Virus genome (UHGV): UHGV-0176771
Reading direction: 5' to 3' (one strand)
Source: a virus
Length of the DNA stretch: 64,000 nucleotides
Part shown: one piece after another, positions 19,024 through 26,897 of the stretch
How positions within the stretch are numbered: the stretch's first letter is position 1
How the letters are laid out: each line of letters starts with the position of its first letter
Notes under the pieces: model-generated
Databases searched by the model: none
The model's input: only the letters and a program-made list of their open reading frames with translations
Told to the model about the DNA's origin: nothing
Made by a program: the position numbers and the translations under genes

Positions 19024-19263
19024 ATGGAAATTAGAATTAAATTAAATACTGTAAAAAATGCAATGCTATTTGCAACGGTTTGTGACAATTATGAAGAAGA
19101 CATTGATTATATTTGTGGGAGATATCAGATTGATGCTAAATCAATTCTTGGGATTATGGGAATTGGACTCGAAAGAGAATGCACAGTTGTGTTCCATTCA
19201 GAAGATGAGTATGTAAAAAATAAATTTAAAGAAGATATGAAACTATGGATTGTGGAGGAATAA
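19024..19263 (+). CDS. HPr-family protein lacking the His15 phosphorylation site but retaining the Ser46 region (Crh-like)
   Basis: Alignment by eye to HPr: NAMLFAT corresponds to HARPAT, and KSILGIMGIGL corresponds to KSIMGVMSLGI. AGGAG RBS 8 nt upstream. Confidence 0.5.
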   Translation: MEIRIKLNTVKNAMLFATVCDNYEEDIDYICGRYQIDAKSILGIMGIGLERECTVVFHSEDEYVKNKFKEDMKLWIVEE

Positions 19264-19266
19264 TTT

Positions 19267-19914
19267 ATGAATAAACCCGATTTATCAAAAATGCGCGTAG
19301 AAATCAAATGGGCTGAAGATATGTGGCAGCAGATTAAAGATGCAACAATGACTACGATTGGGAAAGACAAAGGTTCTTATCCTGATCATGATTGGAAGTT
19401 GAAACTTTTAATGGCTGAGCATTCTCCAATTAGACTTGGTTCTGTTATCGTAAAAATTTACGATGCACCTCAATTTGTGCATGGACATTTAGTACGTCAT
19501 TCCAATGGTGCCATCCCATTTGATCCTAGTGGAATCGTTCCGTTTGTATCATCGCTCAGAAGTGACAGAAATGATTATGATGAAGTGCCAAACAGAAATA
19601 CATTACAGAGTGCTACATATTACTTTAATTTTCAGGCATTGATTAATGTATCACGAAGGAGATTGTGCAATTGTGCAAGCTATGAGACAAGGAAGGCGTT
19701 TGGAATGATTAGAGACGAAATTGTTAAATTTGAGCCAGAAGCAGCAAGCAGAATGGTTAAAGAATGTGTGTATAGAAATGGTCTGTGTCCGGAAATGTTT
19801 ACGTGCAAATATAATAAAACGAAAGCATTTGAAGAGGAACTAAAGGAATATATTAAAGGATTTGAAAACCAAATCTGCGATAAAACTAATATTAGAAAAG
19901 GGATGGACGAATAA
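19267..19914 (+). CDS. ThyX-fold (flavin-dependent thymidylate synthase family) protein with divergent substrate-binding motif
   Basis: APQFVHGHLVRH matches ThyX APIFVARQWFRH, and the C-terminal FxxxxNxSRRRL region matches. The RHR/SGRY dUMP-contact residues are replaced by RHS/SGIV. Confidence 0.5.
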   Translation: MNKPDLSKMRVEIKWAEDMWQQIKDATMTTIGKDKGSYPDHDWKLKLLMAEHSPIRLGSVIVKIYDAPQFVHGHLVRHSNGAIPFDPSGIVPFVSSLRSDRNDYDEVPNRNTLQSATYYFNFQALINVSRRRLCNCASYETRKAFGMIRDEIVKFEPEAASRMVKECVYRNGLCPEMFTCKYNKTKAFEEELKEYIKGFENQICDKTNIRKGMDE

Positions 19915-20030
19915 TGTCAGATGCAATTTATTATTGTAAACATGAAGAAAATGATTGTCCTGTAAAAGATACATGTGAAAGATATGTGGATGCAGAACAG
20001 CACCAATTATTGCAGAAGAATCAGAGGTGA
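19914..20030 (+). CDS. Small Cys-rich peptide (38 aa)
   Basis: ATG overlaps the upstream stop (TAATG). Manually found. Confidence 0.2.
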   Translation: MSDAIYYCKHEENDCPVKDTCERYVDAEQHQLLQKNQR

Positions 20031-20040
20031 AATCTGAATA

Positions 20041-20595
20041 ATGGCGATTATTATTTTTGGGAAAACAGCAAGCGGGAAAAGCAGAATTGTGAATGAGCTT
20101 GTGAAAAGAGGATATAAAAAGATTGTAACGACTACAACAAGACCAGCAAGAAAAGGTGAAGTTGACGGAATTGATTACAACTTTATTACCGATGATGAAT
20201 TTAAAGAGCTTATTAATACAAGATATTTTGCAGAGTGGAAGAAATATGACACAGTAGACGGAACGTGGTATTATGGTTCTCCGCTCGATGAAATATCCAG
20301 ATCTGATAACAAATCAATCGTGATTCTAACTCCGGATGGTTATAGAGATATCAAAGATGAGTTAGATGAACACATTTCTATTTATATATACGCAAATAAT
20401 AAGACAATTCGAAACAGATTATCCAAACGTGGAGATAAAAAAGAAGAAGCTGATCGTAGGATTTTACATGACAATAAAGATTTTAAAGGTGCGGAAGAAT
20501 TAGCAGATAGAATCTTTTATAACAACGACGGTAAAAATATCGATGATTTAGTAGATGAAATATTTGAATATTTAAAAACGAGAGAGGGAGAATAA
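20041..20595 (+). CDS. gmk: Guanylate kinase-like nucleoside monophosphate kinase
   Basis: P-loop GKTASGKS and TTTRPARKGEVDGIDYNF (guanylate kinase signature). Confidence 0.75.
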   Translation: MAIIIFGKTASGKSRIVNELVKRGYKKIVTTTTRPARKGEVDGIDYNFITDDEFKELINTRYFAEWKKYDTVDGTWYYGSPLDEISRSDNKSIVILTPDGYRDIKDELDEHISIYIYANNKTIRNRLSKRGDKKEEADRRILHDNKDFKGAEELADRIFYNNDGKNIDDLVDEIFEYLKTREGE

Positions 20596-20596
20596 A

Positions 20597-20788
20597 TTGA
20601 TTAGAACAAGTGGGATGTTGATGAGAGAGTTAGGGATGTATCCTGACGATTTCATCACAGTTAGATTAGGAGAAGAAGAATATGTAATTGATAGTATTGG
20701 ACACACGAAAACACATGGAAATATTGATGACACCTCTCATTTATGTTTAAACGTGAGAGATGGTGGTAGTGGTTTTGTTAGGAGGTGA
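20597..20788 (+). CDS. Hypothetical protein
   Basis: ORF only. Confidence 0.25.
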   Translation: MIRTSGMLMRELGMYPDDFITVRLGEEEYVIDSIGHTKTHGNIDDTSHLCLNVRDGGSGFVRR

Positions 20789-20795
20789 AACGAAC

Positions 20796-21080
20796 ATGGA
20801 TTTTAATCAACTGGGTACAGTAATTTTCGCAATCGGTACAACAATGTGGATCCCAATCTGGGCGCTGTTTGAAGGTGTTGCAAAATGTATTCGTGCATTC
20901 AAAGGTACAGATGTGACTATGGAAGAGTTTAGAAGTAACAAAAGTCATGATGAATGGTCTGATTCTGATGATGAAGATTTGGAAGAAAACAAACCGAAAG
21001 AAGCGAATAATGTAACGGAACAGAAAACCAAAAGAACTAGAACTACAACGAAGACAGCAAAAGATAGTTCTCAGAAGTAA
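20796..21080 (+). CDS. Small membrane protein with acidic C-terminal tail
   Basis: GGAGGTGA RBS 7 nt before ATG 20796. Hydrophobic N-terminus. Confidence 0.3.
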   Translation: MDFNQLGTVIFAIGTTMWIPIWALFEGVAKCIRAFKGTDVTMEEFRSNKSHDEWSDSDDEDLEENKPKEANNVTEQKTKRTRTTTKTAKDSSQK

Positions 21081-21098
21081 GAAAGGATGATGTGATTA

Positions 21099-23270
21099 AT
21101 GAAAGTAATTAAGAGAGATTGTACAGAGGCAAGATTTGAAAAGAAGAAAATTTATGATGCTATTATGAAAGCTATGAAAAATGGTAGTGGTATCATTAAG
21201 CCTAAAATTGCAGAATCTATTGCGGATGAAATTTATGAAGAAAATAAGGACAAATCAGATATAAGCATTTCTGAAATTGAATCGTTGGTATATGACAAGT
21301 TGATCACTAAAAAGCAAAGGCTAACGGCAAAAGCATATGAGGGATATAGAAGTATCCGAGAATTTCAAAGAGAAAATATGAATACAACAGATGAACAGAT
21401 CTCAGAGCTTTTGAGTGGATCAAGCGATTATTGGAATAATGAGAATTCAAATAAAAATCCAAAATTGCTCACAACTCAGAGAGATTATATGGCTGGGATT
21501 TTAAGCACGGATATCACAAGAAGGTTTTTACTTCCTCCTGAAATTGTACAAGCACATGATGAAGGGATGATACATTTTCATGATGCAGATTATTACGCAC
21601 AGAATGCAATTTCAAACTGCTGCTTGATTAATCTTGAAGATATGTTGCAGAACGGAACATGTATTAATAAGGTAACGATTGACAAACCACATAGGCTAAT
21701 TACTGCAACCACAATTGCAACACAAATCATAACTGCAGTTACGTCAAGTCAGTATGGGGGCGCTACGATTACATTAACACATTTAGCTCCGTTTGTAAGA
21801 GATAGCTTTAATATCTATATGGAGAAATATAAAAACAGAGGATTGTCTTATCAGCAATGTCTTGAATTTTCGAGAGAAGATATTAAAAAAGAAATTGCAG
21901 ATTCAGTACAGACCTTCAATTATCAGGTAAATTCTATGACGACAACAAATGGACAAAGCCCCTTCCTCAGCGTATTTATGTATATTGGAGAAACTGAAGA
22001 GTATAAAGAAGAACTTGCAATGCTTATTGAAGAATTTTTAAAGCAAAGAATCCAAGGATTAAAAAATGAAGAAGGCGTATATGTTACACAGGCTTTCCCC
22101 AAATTATTATACGTGTTAGAGCCATGTAATATTGACAAAGACGGAAGTTACTTCTATTTGACAAAACTGGCAGCAGAATGTACAGCAAAGAGAATGGTTC
22201 CTGATTATATTTCCGAAAAAATTATGCTTGAAAACAAGATTGATAAAAATGGAAATGGAAATGTTTATGGATGCATGGGCTGCAGAAGCTTTCTTACCAC
22301 ATACATTAACAAGTCTGGTAAACCGCAGTATTATGGACGGTTTAATCAAGGCGTTGTTACATTAAATTTAGTAGATATTGCATTGTCATCTGGAGGAGAC
22401 ATGGATTCGTTTTGGACGATTTTTGATGAAAGAACGGAATTGTGCCACAAAGCATTGCGTCTTAGACATGAAAGACTGGAGGGTACTTTATCAGACGTGG
22501 CACCTGTTTTATATCAAGACGGAGCATTTGCAAGACTTAAAAAAGGAGAGAAGATTGACGAGCTTTTGCATAATGGATATTCAACAATTTCTCTTGGATA
22601 CGCCGGGTTATACGAATGTGTAAAATACATGACAGGCAATTCTCACACTGACAATGGAGTCGGAACATCATTTGGATTGGAAGTTATGAGCAAGCTTAAT
22701 GATAAATGTAGTGAATGGAAAGGAAAAGAAAACATTGATTACAGTTTATATGGCAGTCCTATTGAATCAACAACATATAAATTTGCCAAATGTTTAAAGA
22801 AAAGATTTGGAGTGATTGATGGAATTACAGATAGAGACTATATTACAAATTCATATCATGTTCCTGTATTTGAAGAGATTGATCCGTTTGAGAAATTAGA
22901 GTTAGAGAGTAAATTTCAGAAGTTAAGTCCGGGTGGTGCAATCAGCTATGTAGAATGTGCAGATCTAACTAGAAATACAGATGTAGTAATTGAAATTATG
23001 AAATTTATTTATGAGCATATCATGTATGCGGAGTTAAATACTAAATCTGATTATTGCCAGGAATGTGGTTATGACGGTGAGATTAAAATTATTGATGAAG
23101 ATGGAGAACTTATCTGGGAATGTCCGAATTGTGGTAACAGAAATAAAGATAAGATGAATGTCACTAGAAGAACATGTGGATATATTGGTACAAATTTCTG
23201 GAATCAAGGAAGAACAGAAGAGATCAAAGAAAGATATGTTCATGTAGACGACCATGAAGCGGAGGTATAA
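21099..23270 (+). CDS. nrdD: Anaerobic ribonucleoside-triphosphate reductase NrdD (N-terminal ATP-cone, C-terminal glycyl-radical motif RRTCGYIG)
   Basis: ATP-cone start (VIKRDCTEARFEKKKI), Zn-ribbon CxxC pairs and Gly-radical motif near the C-terminus. 723 aa. Confidence 0.9.
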   Translation: MKVIKRDCTEARFEKKKIYDAIMKAMKNGSGIIKPKIAESIADEIYEENKDKSDISISEIESLVYDKLITKKQRLTAKAYEGYRSIREFQRENMNTTDEQISELLSGSSDYWNNENSNKNPKLLTTQRDYMAGILSTDITRRFLLPPEIVQAHDEGMIHFHDADYYAQNAISNCCLINLEDMLQNGTCINKVTIDKPHRLITATTIATQIITAVTSSQYGGATITLTHLAPFVRDSFNIYMEKYKNRGLSYQQCLEFSREDIKKEIADSVQTFNYQVNSMTTTNGQSPFLSVFMYIGETEEYKEELAMLIEEFLKQRIQGLKNEEGVYVTQAFPKLLYVLEPCNIDKDGSYFYLTKLAAECTAKRMVPDYISEKIMLENKIDKNGNGNVYGCMGCRSFLTTYINKSGKPQYYGRFNQGVVTLNLVDIALSSGGDMDSFWTIFDERTELCHKALRLRHERLEGTLSDVAPVLYQDGAFARLKKGEKIDELLHNGYSTISLGYAGLYECVKYMTGNSHTDNGVGTSFGLEVMSKLNDKCSEWKGKENIDYSLYGSPIESTTYKFAKCLKKRFGVIDGITDRDYITNSYHVPVFEEIDPFEKLELESKFQKLSPGGAISYVECADLTRNTDVVIEIMKFIYEHIMYAELNTKSDYCQECGYDGEIKIIDEDGELIWECPNCGNRNKDKMNVTRRTCGYIGTNFWNQGRTEEIKERYVHVDDHEAEV

Positions 23271-23273
23271 ATA

Positions 23274-23918
23274 GTGAGATATGCATCAATAAGGAAGCTT
23301 GACATTTCCAACGGAGAGGGTATTGGTGCATCTCTCTTCGTTCAAGGATGTCATTTTCATTGCGAGAATTGTTTTAACAAGGATACGTGGGATTTTGATG
23401 GTGGAAAAGAGTGGACAAAAGATGTTAAGAAAAAATTTATGCAATTAACGGAATCGTCATACATAAAAAGGATTAGCATTCTCGGAGGAGAGCCACTCGC
23501 AAATGAAAATCTTAAAGATGTTTTTGACTTGATTACAGACTTACGGTCAAAGTATCCAATAAAAAGAAAAATAGGCACAATATATAGTTGTGGAAACAAT
23601 TATAAACACAATATATTGACAAGAAATTCGGATGAAGTTCGTCTTTTATATCCAGAAAAAACAATCTGGCTGTATTCTGGATTTACATGGGAACAGATTA
23701 TGTATCCGGTTGTTACAGATGACTTCAATCCAGAACGAGATGAACTTTTAAAAATGCGCCGAGAAATTGTAAAACAGTGTGATGTACTTGTAGATGGGCG
23801 CTATGAAGAAGACAAGAGAGATGTTACATATCACTGGGCAGGCAGTACAAACCAGAGAGTGATTGATGTCAAGAAAACATTAGAGCAAGGAAGTGTGGTT
23901 CTATGGGAGAATCAGTAA
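23274..23918 (+). CDS. nrdG: Anaerobic RNR activating protein NrdG (radical SAM, CxxxCxxC)
   Basis: GCHFHCENC motif. GTG start with GGAGGT RBS. Position directly after nrdD. Confidence 0.8.
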   Translation: MRYASIRKLDISNGEGIGASLFVQGCHFHCENCFNKDTWDFDGGKEWTKDVKKKFMQLTESSYIKRISILGGEPLANENLKDVFDLITDLRSKYPIKRKIGTIYSCGNNYKHNILTRNSDEVRLLYPEKTIWLYSGFTWEQIMYPVVTDDFNPERDELLKMRREIVKQCDVLVDGRYEEDKRDVTYHWAGSTNQRVIDVKKTLEQGSVVLWENQ

Positions 23919-24178
23919 AAGTAAAAGATATTCTGTATTATGCAAGAATCATTCCTACGGTTGGCATATTTGATGTATGCCAACTTATAATCAGAACAGT
24001 AAGAAAAGATTATTTTGTTGGATGCGACAAAGTAGACAAACATGCTTATCTATTTAATTATTCTGATTTAGGAGAAGTCGTGTTTCACGATCGTAAACAA
24101 GCATTAAATAAAGTTCTTGCTGCAGAGGCGAATAATAAAAAGAAAATAAGTAAAGAGACATTTTACGAGGAATATTGA
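23903..24178 (+). CDS. Hypothetical protein
   Basis: ORF only. Confidence 0.3.
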   Translation: MGESVKVKDILYYARIIPTVGIFDVCQLIIRTVRKDYFVGCDKVDKHAYLFNYSDLGEVVFHDRKQALNKVLAAEANNKKKISKETFYEEY

Positions 24179-24292
24179 TATGAGTGGATTTATAGGATTT
24201 ATGGTTGGATTTTTTATTGGAGTAGCTGCTAGCTTGTTTGCTATTTCTCTATGTGCTGCTTCAGATAAAAGAGAAGAATTTTATGACGAATA
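24179..24292 (+). CDS. Small membrane peptide (37 aa)
   Basis: Manually found. GAGGA RBS. One TM helix. Confidence 0.2.
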
Positions 24293-24308
24293 GGATGGTG
24301 ATAGATAG

Positions 24309-24938
24309 TTGTCATACTTGATGAGATATAAAGGAACGTATAGATTAAAAGCTCCGTATGATTTGCGAAACAATCAATATGGAAGAAAGCTGAATGGTAC
24401 ATTAGAAGATATCGACGTTTACATAGATTGTCAGCATGGTAATAAAGTTTTTCATTATGGAAGATCAATATTACAGGCATATATTCCATCATTGATTCGT
24501 GGGCATAACGTTCTGAAGAAACTTACAGAATTATACGGACAAGATATTGTATCAGATATTGAAGAAAGTGATTCGGAAGTTTTGTTTAGATTCAATGCAA
24601 AAGATATTGAGAAGATTATTCCATTATTAAAACCTAGAACAAATGGTTCTGGCATTAGTCCTTTTAGTAGTAAAAATCTACCCAAAACAAAGTATATTAT
24701 TCCAGACGAAGATTTTGCTATGTATAGAAATATCATCAAAAATATACCTCAAAAAGAGATTTTAGGCATAAGTCATATGACAAATGATTTCATACGCAGT
24801 CTCTCTACTAAAAAGAATACTTATGAAGATATCAAAAATGACATGATAGCAAAAGGGTTAAAAGGTAAAGAATATATTCACAGTATTGGGAAATGGAATG
24901 AATATATAGAATTTTTACGAGACAAATTAAAGGAGTAG
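24309..24938 (+). CDS. Hypothetical protein
   Basis: ORF only. Confidence 0.35.
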   Translation: MSYLMRYKGTYRLKAPYDLRNNQYGRKLNGTLEDIDVYIDCQHGNKVFHYGRSILQAYIPSLIRGHNVLKKLTELYGQDIVSDIEESDSEVLFRFNAKDIEKIIPLLKPRTNGSGISPFSSKNLPKTKYIIPDEDFAMYRNIIKNIPQKEILGISHMTNDFIRSLSTKKNTYEDIKNDMIAKGLKGKEYIHSIGKWNEYIEFLRDKLKE

Positions 24939-24944
24939 TAGATT

Positions 24945-25277
24945 ATGAAACAGCTTAAATTACATAGACAATGTACGCATAGTAAATTAACCAATTTTGG
25001 ATTCAGGAAGTACGGCTTAAATTATAAGCTGTTTCTTCCTCTATATGAGCACAAGTCAAAGACAGTAATTGCTGCAGAATTTCTTGTCTCATCTTTAGAT
25101 AACTATATTGGATACGATGTCATGGATGTGTGTAACGATACATTATATACAGCATTTTACGACAGAGAATATACAAACGAAGAAAAGAACGATGTCTATA
25201 GAACAGTATATACAAGACTGTCTGACATTATGGATGACATGGTAAAAGCAAAAATTATTAGAAAGAGAGTGATTTAA
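24945..25277 (+). CDS. Hypothetical protein
   Basis: ORF only. Confidence 0.35.
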   Translation: MKQLKLHRQCTHSKLTNFGFRKYGLNYKLFLPLYEHKSKTVIAAEFLVSSLDNYIGYDVMDVCNDTLYTAFYDREYTNEEKNDVYRTVYTRLSDIMDDMVKAKIIRKRVI

Positions 25278-25280
25278 TTT

Positions 25281-25799
25281 ATGAAAAAAGTAGCGAAGTT
25301 TAGCAAGGTGAGTTTTGAACAGTTTGTAGAAGATTGCAAAGGTATTTTAGGAGATGTCTACATTGAAAACAAAATGGAATGCTTATCAGAAAAATATAAG
25401 AATATTAATATTCCAAAGAGAAGCACAGCATGTAGTGCCGGGCATGATATTAGTACGCCTTTCAATATTAAAATGACTTCGCATCAAAGTATTACAATTC
25501 CAACTGGTCTTAGGTGTGAAATGGATAGAGATTACGTAATGCTGATTTTCCCGCGTAGTAGTCTTGGGATTAAGAAAGGAATGACGATCGCCAATACTGT
25601 TCCAGTTGTAGATGCCGATTATGCCTATGCGGATAACGAAGGACATATTTTTATCTGTATTAAGAACAATGGAGAGGACATGCTTGAATTGGAAGAAGGA
25701 GACAAAATTGTACAGGCTGTATTTGTTCCATTCGGTGTTGCAGACGAGGAAGAAATCACAACTGAACGCACTGGCGGTATTGGCTCAACAGGAAAGTAG
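25281..25799 (+). CDS. dut: dUTP diphosphatase (trimeric dUTPase)
   Basis: dUTPase motifs (PRSSLG), VVDADYAY and RTGGIGSTGK. Confidence 0.85.
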   Translation: MKKVAKFSKVSFEQFVEDCKGILGDVYIENKMECLSEKYKNINIPKRSTACSAGHDISTPFNIKMTSHQSITIPTGLRCEMDRDYVMLIFPRSSLGIKKGMTIANTVPVVDADYAYADNEGHIFICIKNNGEDMLELEEGDKIVQAVFVPFGVADEEEITTERTGGIGSTGK

Positions 25800-25807
25800 G
25801 TGATAAA

Positions 25808-25990
25808 ATGATTGAATTTGTTTTAGGGAATGTCATTCTATTTTTTCTATCTATTGTGGTTGTACATGCTCTGTTTAAATCAACAGGTGATACAATCGAT
25901 AAATATGACATTCCGTATTTTGTGATCAGTGTAGCGATTATTTATAGTTTGTCAGCACAATTTTATAATGTGTTTGCTGGAACGATTTAG
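25808..25990 (+). CDS. Small two-TM membrane protein (holin-like topology, unproven)
   Basis: 60 aa with two hydrophobic helices. Confidence 0.3.
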   Translation: MIEFVLGNVILFFLSIVVVHALFKSTGDTIDKYDIPYFVISVAIIYSLSAQFYNVFAGTI

Positions 25991-26317
25991 GGAACAACGG
26001 AGATATGGTAAAAAATATCCCTTGTAAAATTTTGTAGAATCATGATATACTGAATACAAAGGTATGATTCTATGTCAAAAGGCAAACACCATTTACTTCA
26101 AAAGGGCAAAACCGATTTTTGTCTCATAATTTTATAGCACAAATAGAATTAGACCTTGAAAAATGTATTTTTACATTTTCAGGGTCTTTTTTACTTTTAC
26201 AAAGTGGCTTAAAACCTAGGGAAATTGAGTGTTATTTCTGAATGAAAGTGCAATTTCATTCGGTTATAAAAGCCTTCATTTTTTATATTTGAAATCTGCG
26301 AAAGGAAAATCAACTTT

Positions 26318-26522
26318 GCCCTTTTTGGGAAAACGGATGTTGCCCCTTGACATATAGAAATTTAAAAATGCTGTTTTTGGGAAAACTATTTTTGGGAGAA
26401 AACAACGCAAATTCAACGTTTATTGGCATCTTCACTCTCCCAAAAATAAAGGATTTGGGGAAAAAATTTATCCCAAAAACGTTTTTGGGAGATTTTTGGG
26501 AGCATTTTTGGGAAAATCATGC
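26318..26522. repeat. Array of at least 9 copies of TTTTTGGGARAA-type motifs in both orientations, including a perfect 20-bp palindrome TCCCAAAAACGTTTTTGGGA (26471-26490) and a second interrupted palindrome (26439-26466); directly upstream of tnsA
   Basis: Read directly from the sequence. Candidate Tn7-like end (TnsB-binding repeats), operator cluster or origin iterons. Confidence 0.7.
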
Positions 26523-26552
26523 CTTAAAAATTCAGAAGGAGAATACAAGAAA

Positions 26553-26897
26553 ATGCGTAAAAAAAATTACAAGGGTCGATGTGAGAAGAGGACAATATCG
26601 AAAAGTAAAGATGTGTGCAGATTCTACGATCCAATTCAATCGAGTTTTGCAGAAATTCTTAACGCAGATCCAGACATTGAGGAAATTCGTTGCAATGTAG
26701 TTTTAGATGGAAAAGACACAGGCGAATATATGACAGATTTTCTTTGTATTAAAACAAACGGAGATATGCTTGTCCGTGAATGTGTCTATCGAAAATTTCT
26801 CACAAAACCTATGACAGTCAAATTCTTAGACATTAGCAAAGATTATTGGTTGAGACACGGTATTGAAGATTGGGGTGTTGTAATTGATGCAGAATAA
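26553..26897 (+). CDS. tnsA: TnsA-like endonuclease (short form; E, D and K catalytic residues recognisable)
   Basis: SSFAEILNADPDIEEIR and TDFLCIK ... ECVYRK align by eye to the Tn7 TnsA catalytic region (E63, D114, Q130/K132). AAGGAG RBS before ATG 26553. The longer ORF from 26496 begins inside the repeats. Confidence 0.5.
   Translation: MRKKNYKGRCEKRTISKSKDVCRFYDPIQSSFAEILNADPDIEEIRCNVVLDGKDTGEYMTDFLCIKTNGDMLVRECVYRKFLTKPMTVKFLDISKDYWLRHGIEDWGVVIDAE

Noticed and set aside
7613-23270. Inteins or self-splicing introns in dnaB, dnaE, nrdD or ligA
   Set aside because: All four proteins have ordinary lengths with contiguous motif order (482, 1096, 723 and 651 aa) and no inserted Hint/LAGLIDADG-like blocks.
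26318-26522. Possible CRISPR array
   Set aside because: Repeats are only about 12 bp, irregularly spaced, occur in both orientations and have no spacer periodicity. No cas genes (the Tn7-like element carries none).
26347-26700. 117-aa ORF spanning the repeat array
   Set aside because: Its sequence (FLGK, LFLGEN, FLGDFWEHFWEN) is just the translation of the TTTTTGGGARAA repeats. It has no RBS and is in a different frame from tnsA, so it is treated as spurious.
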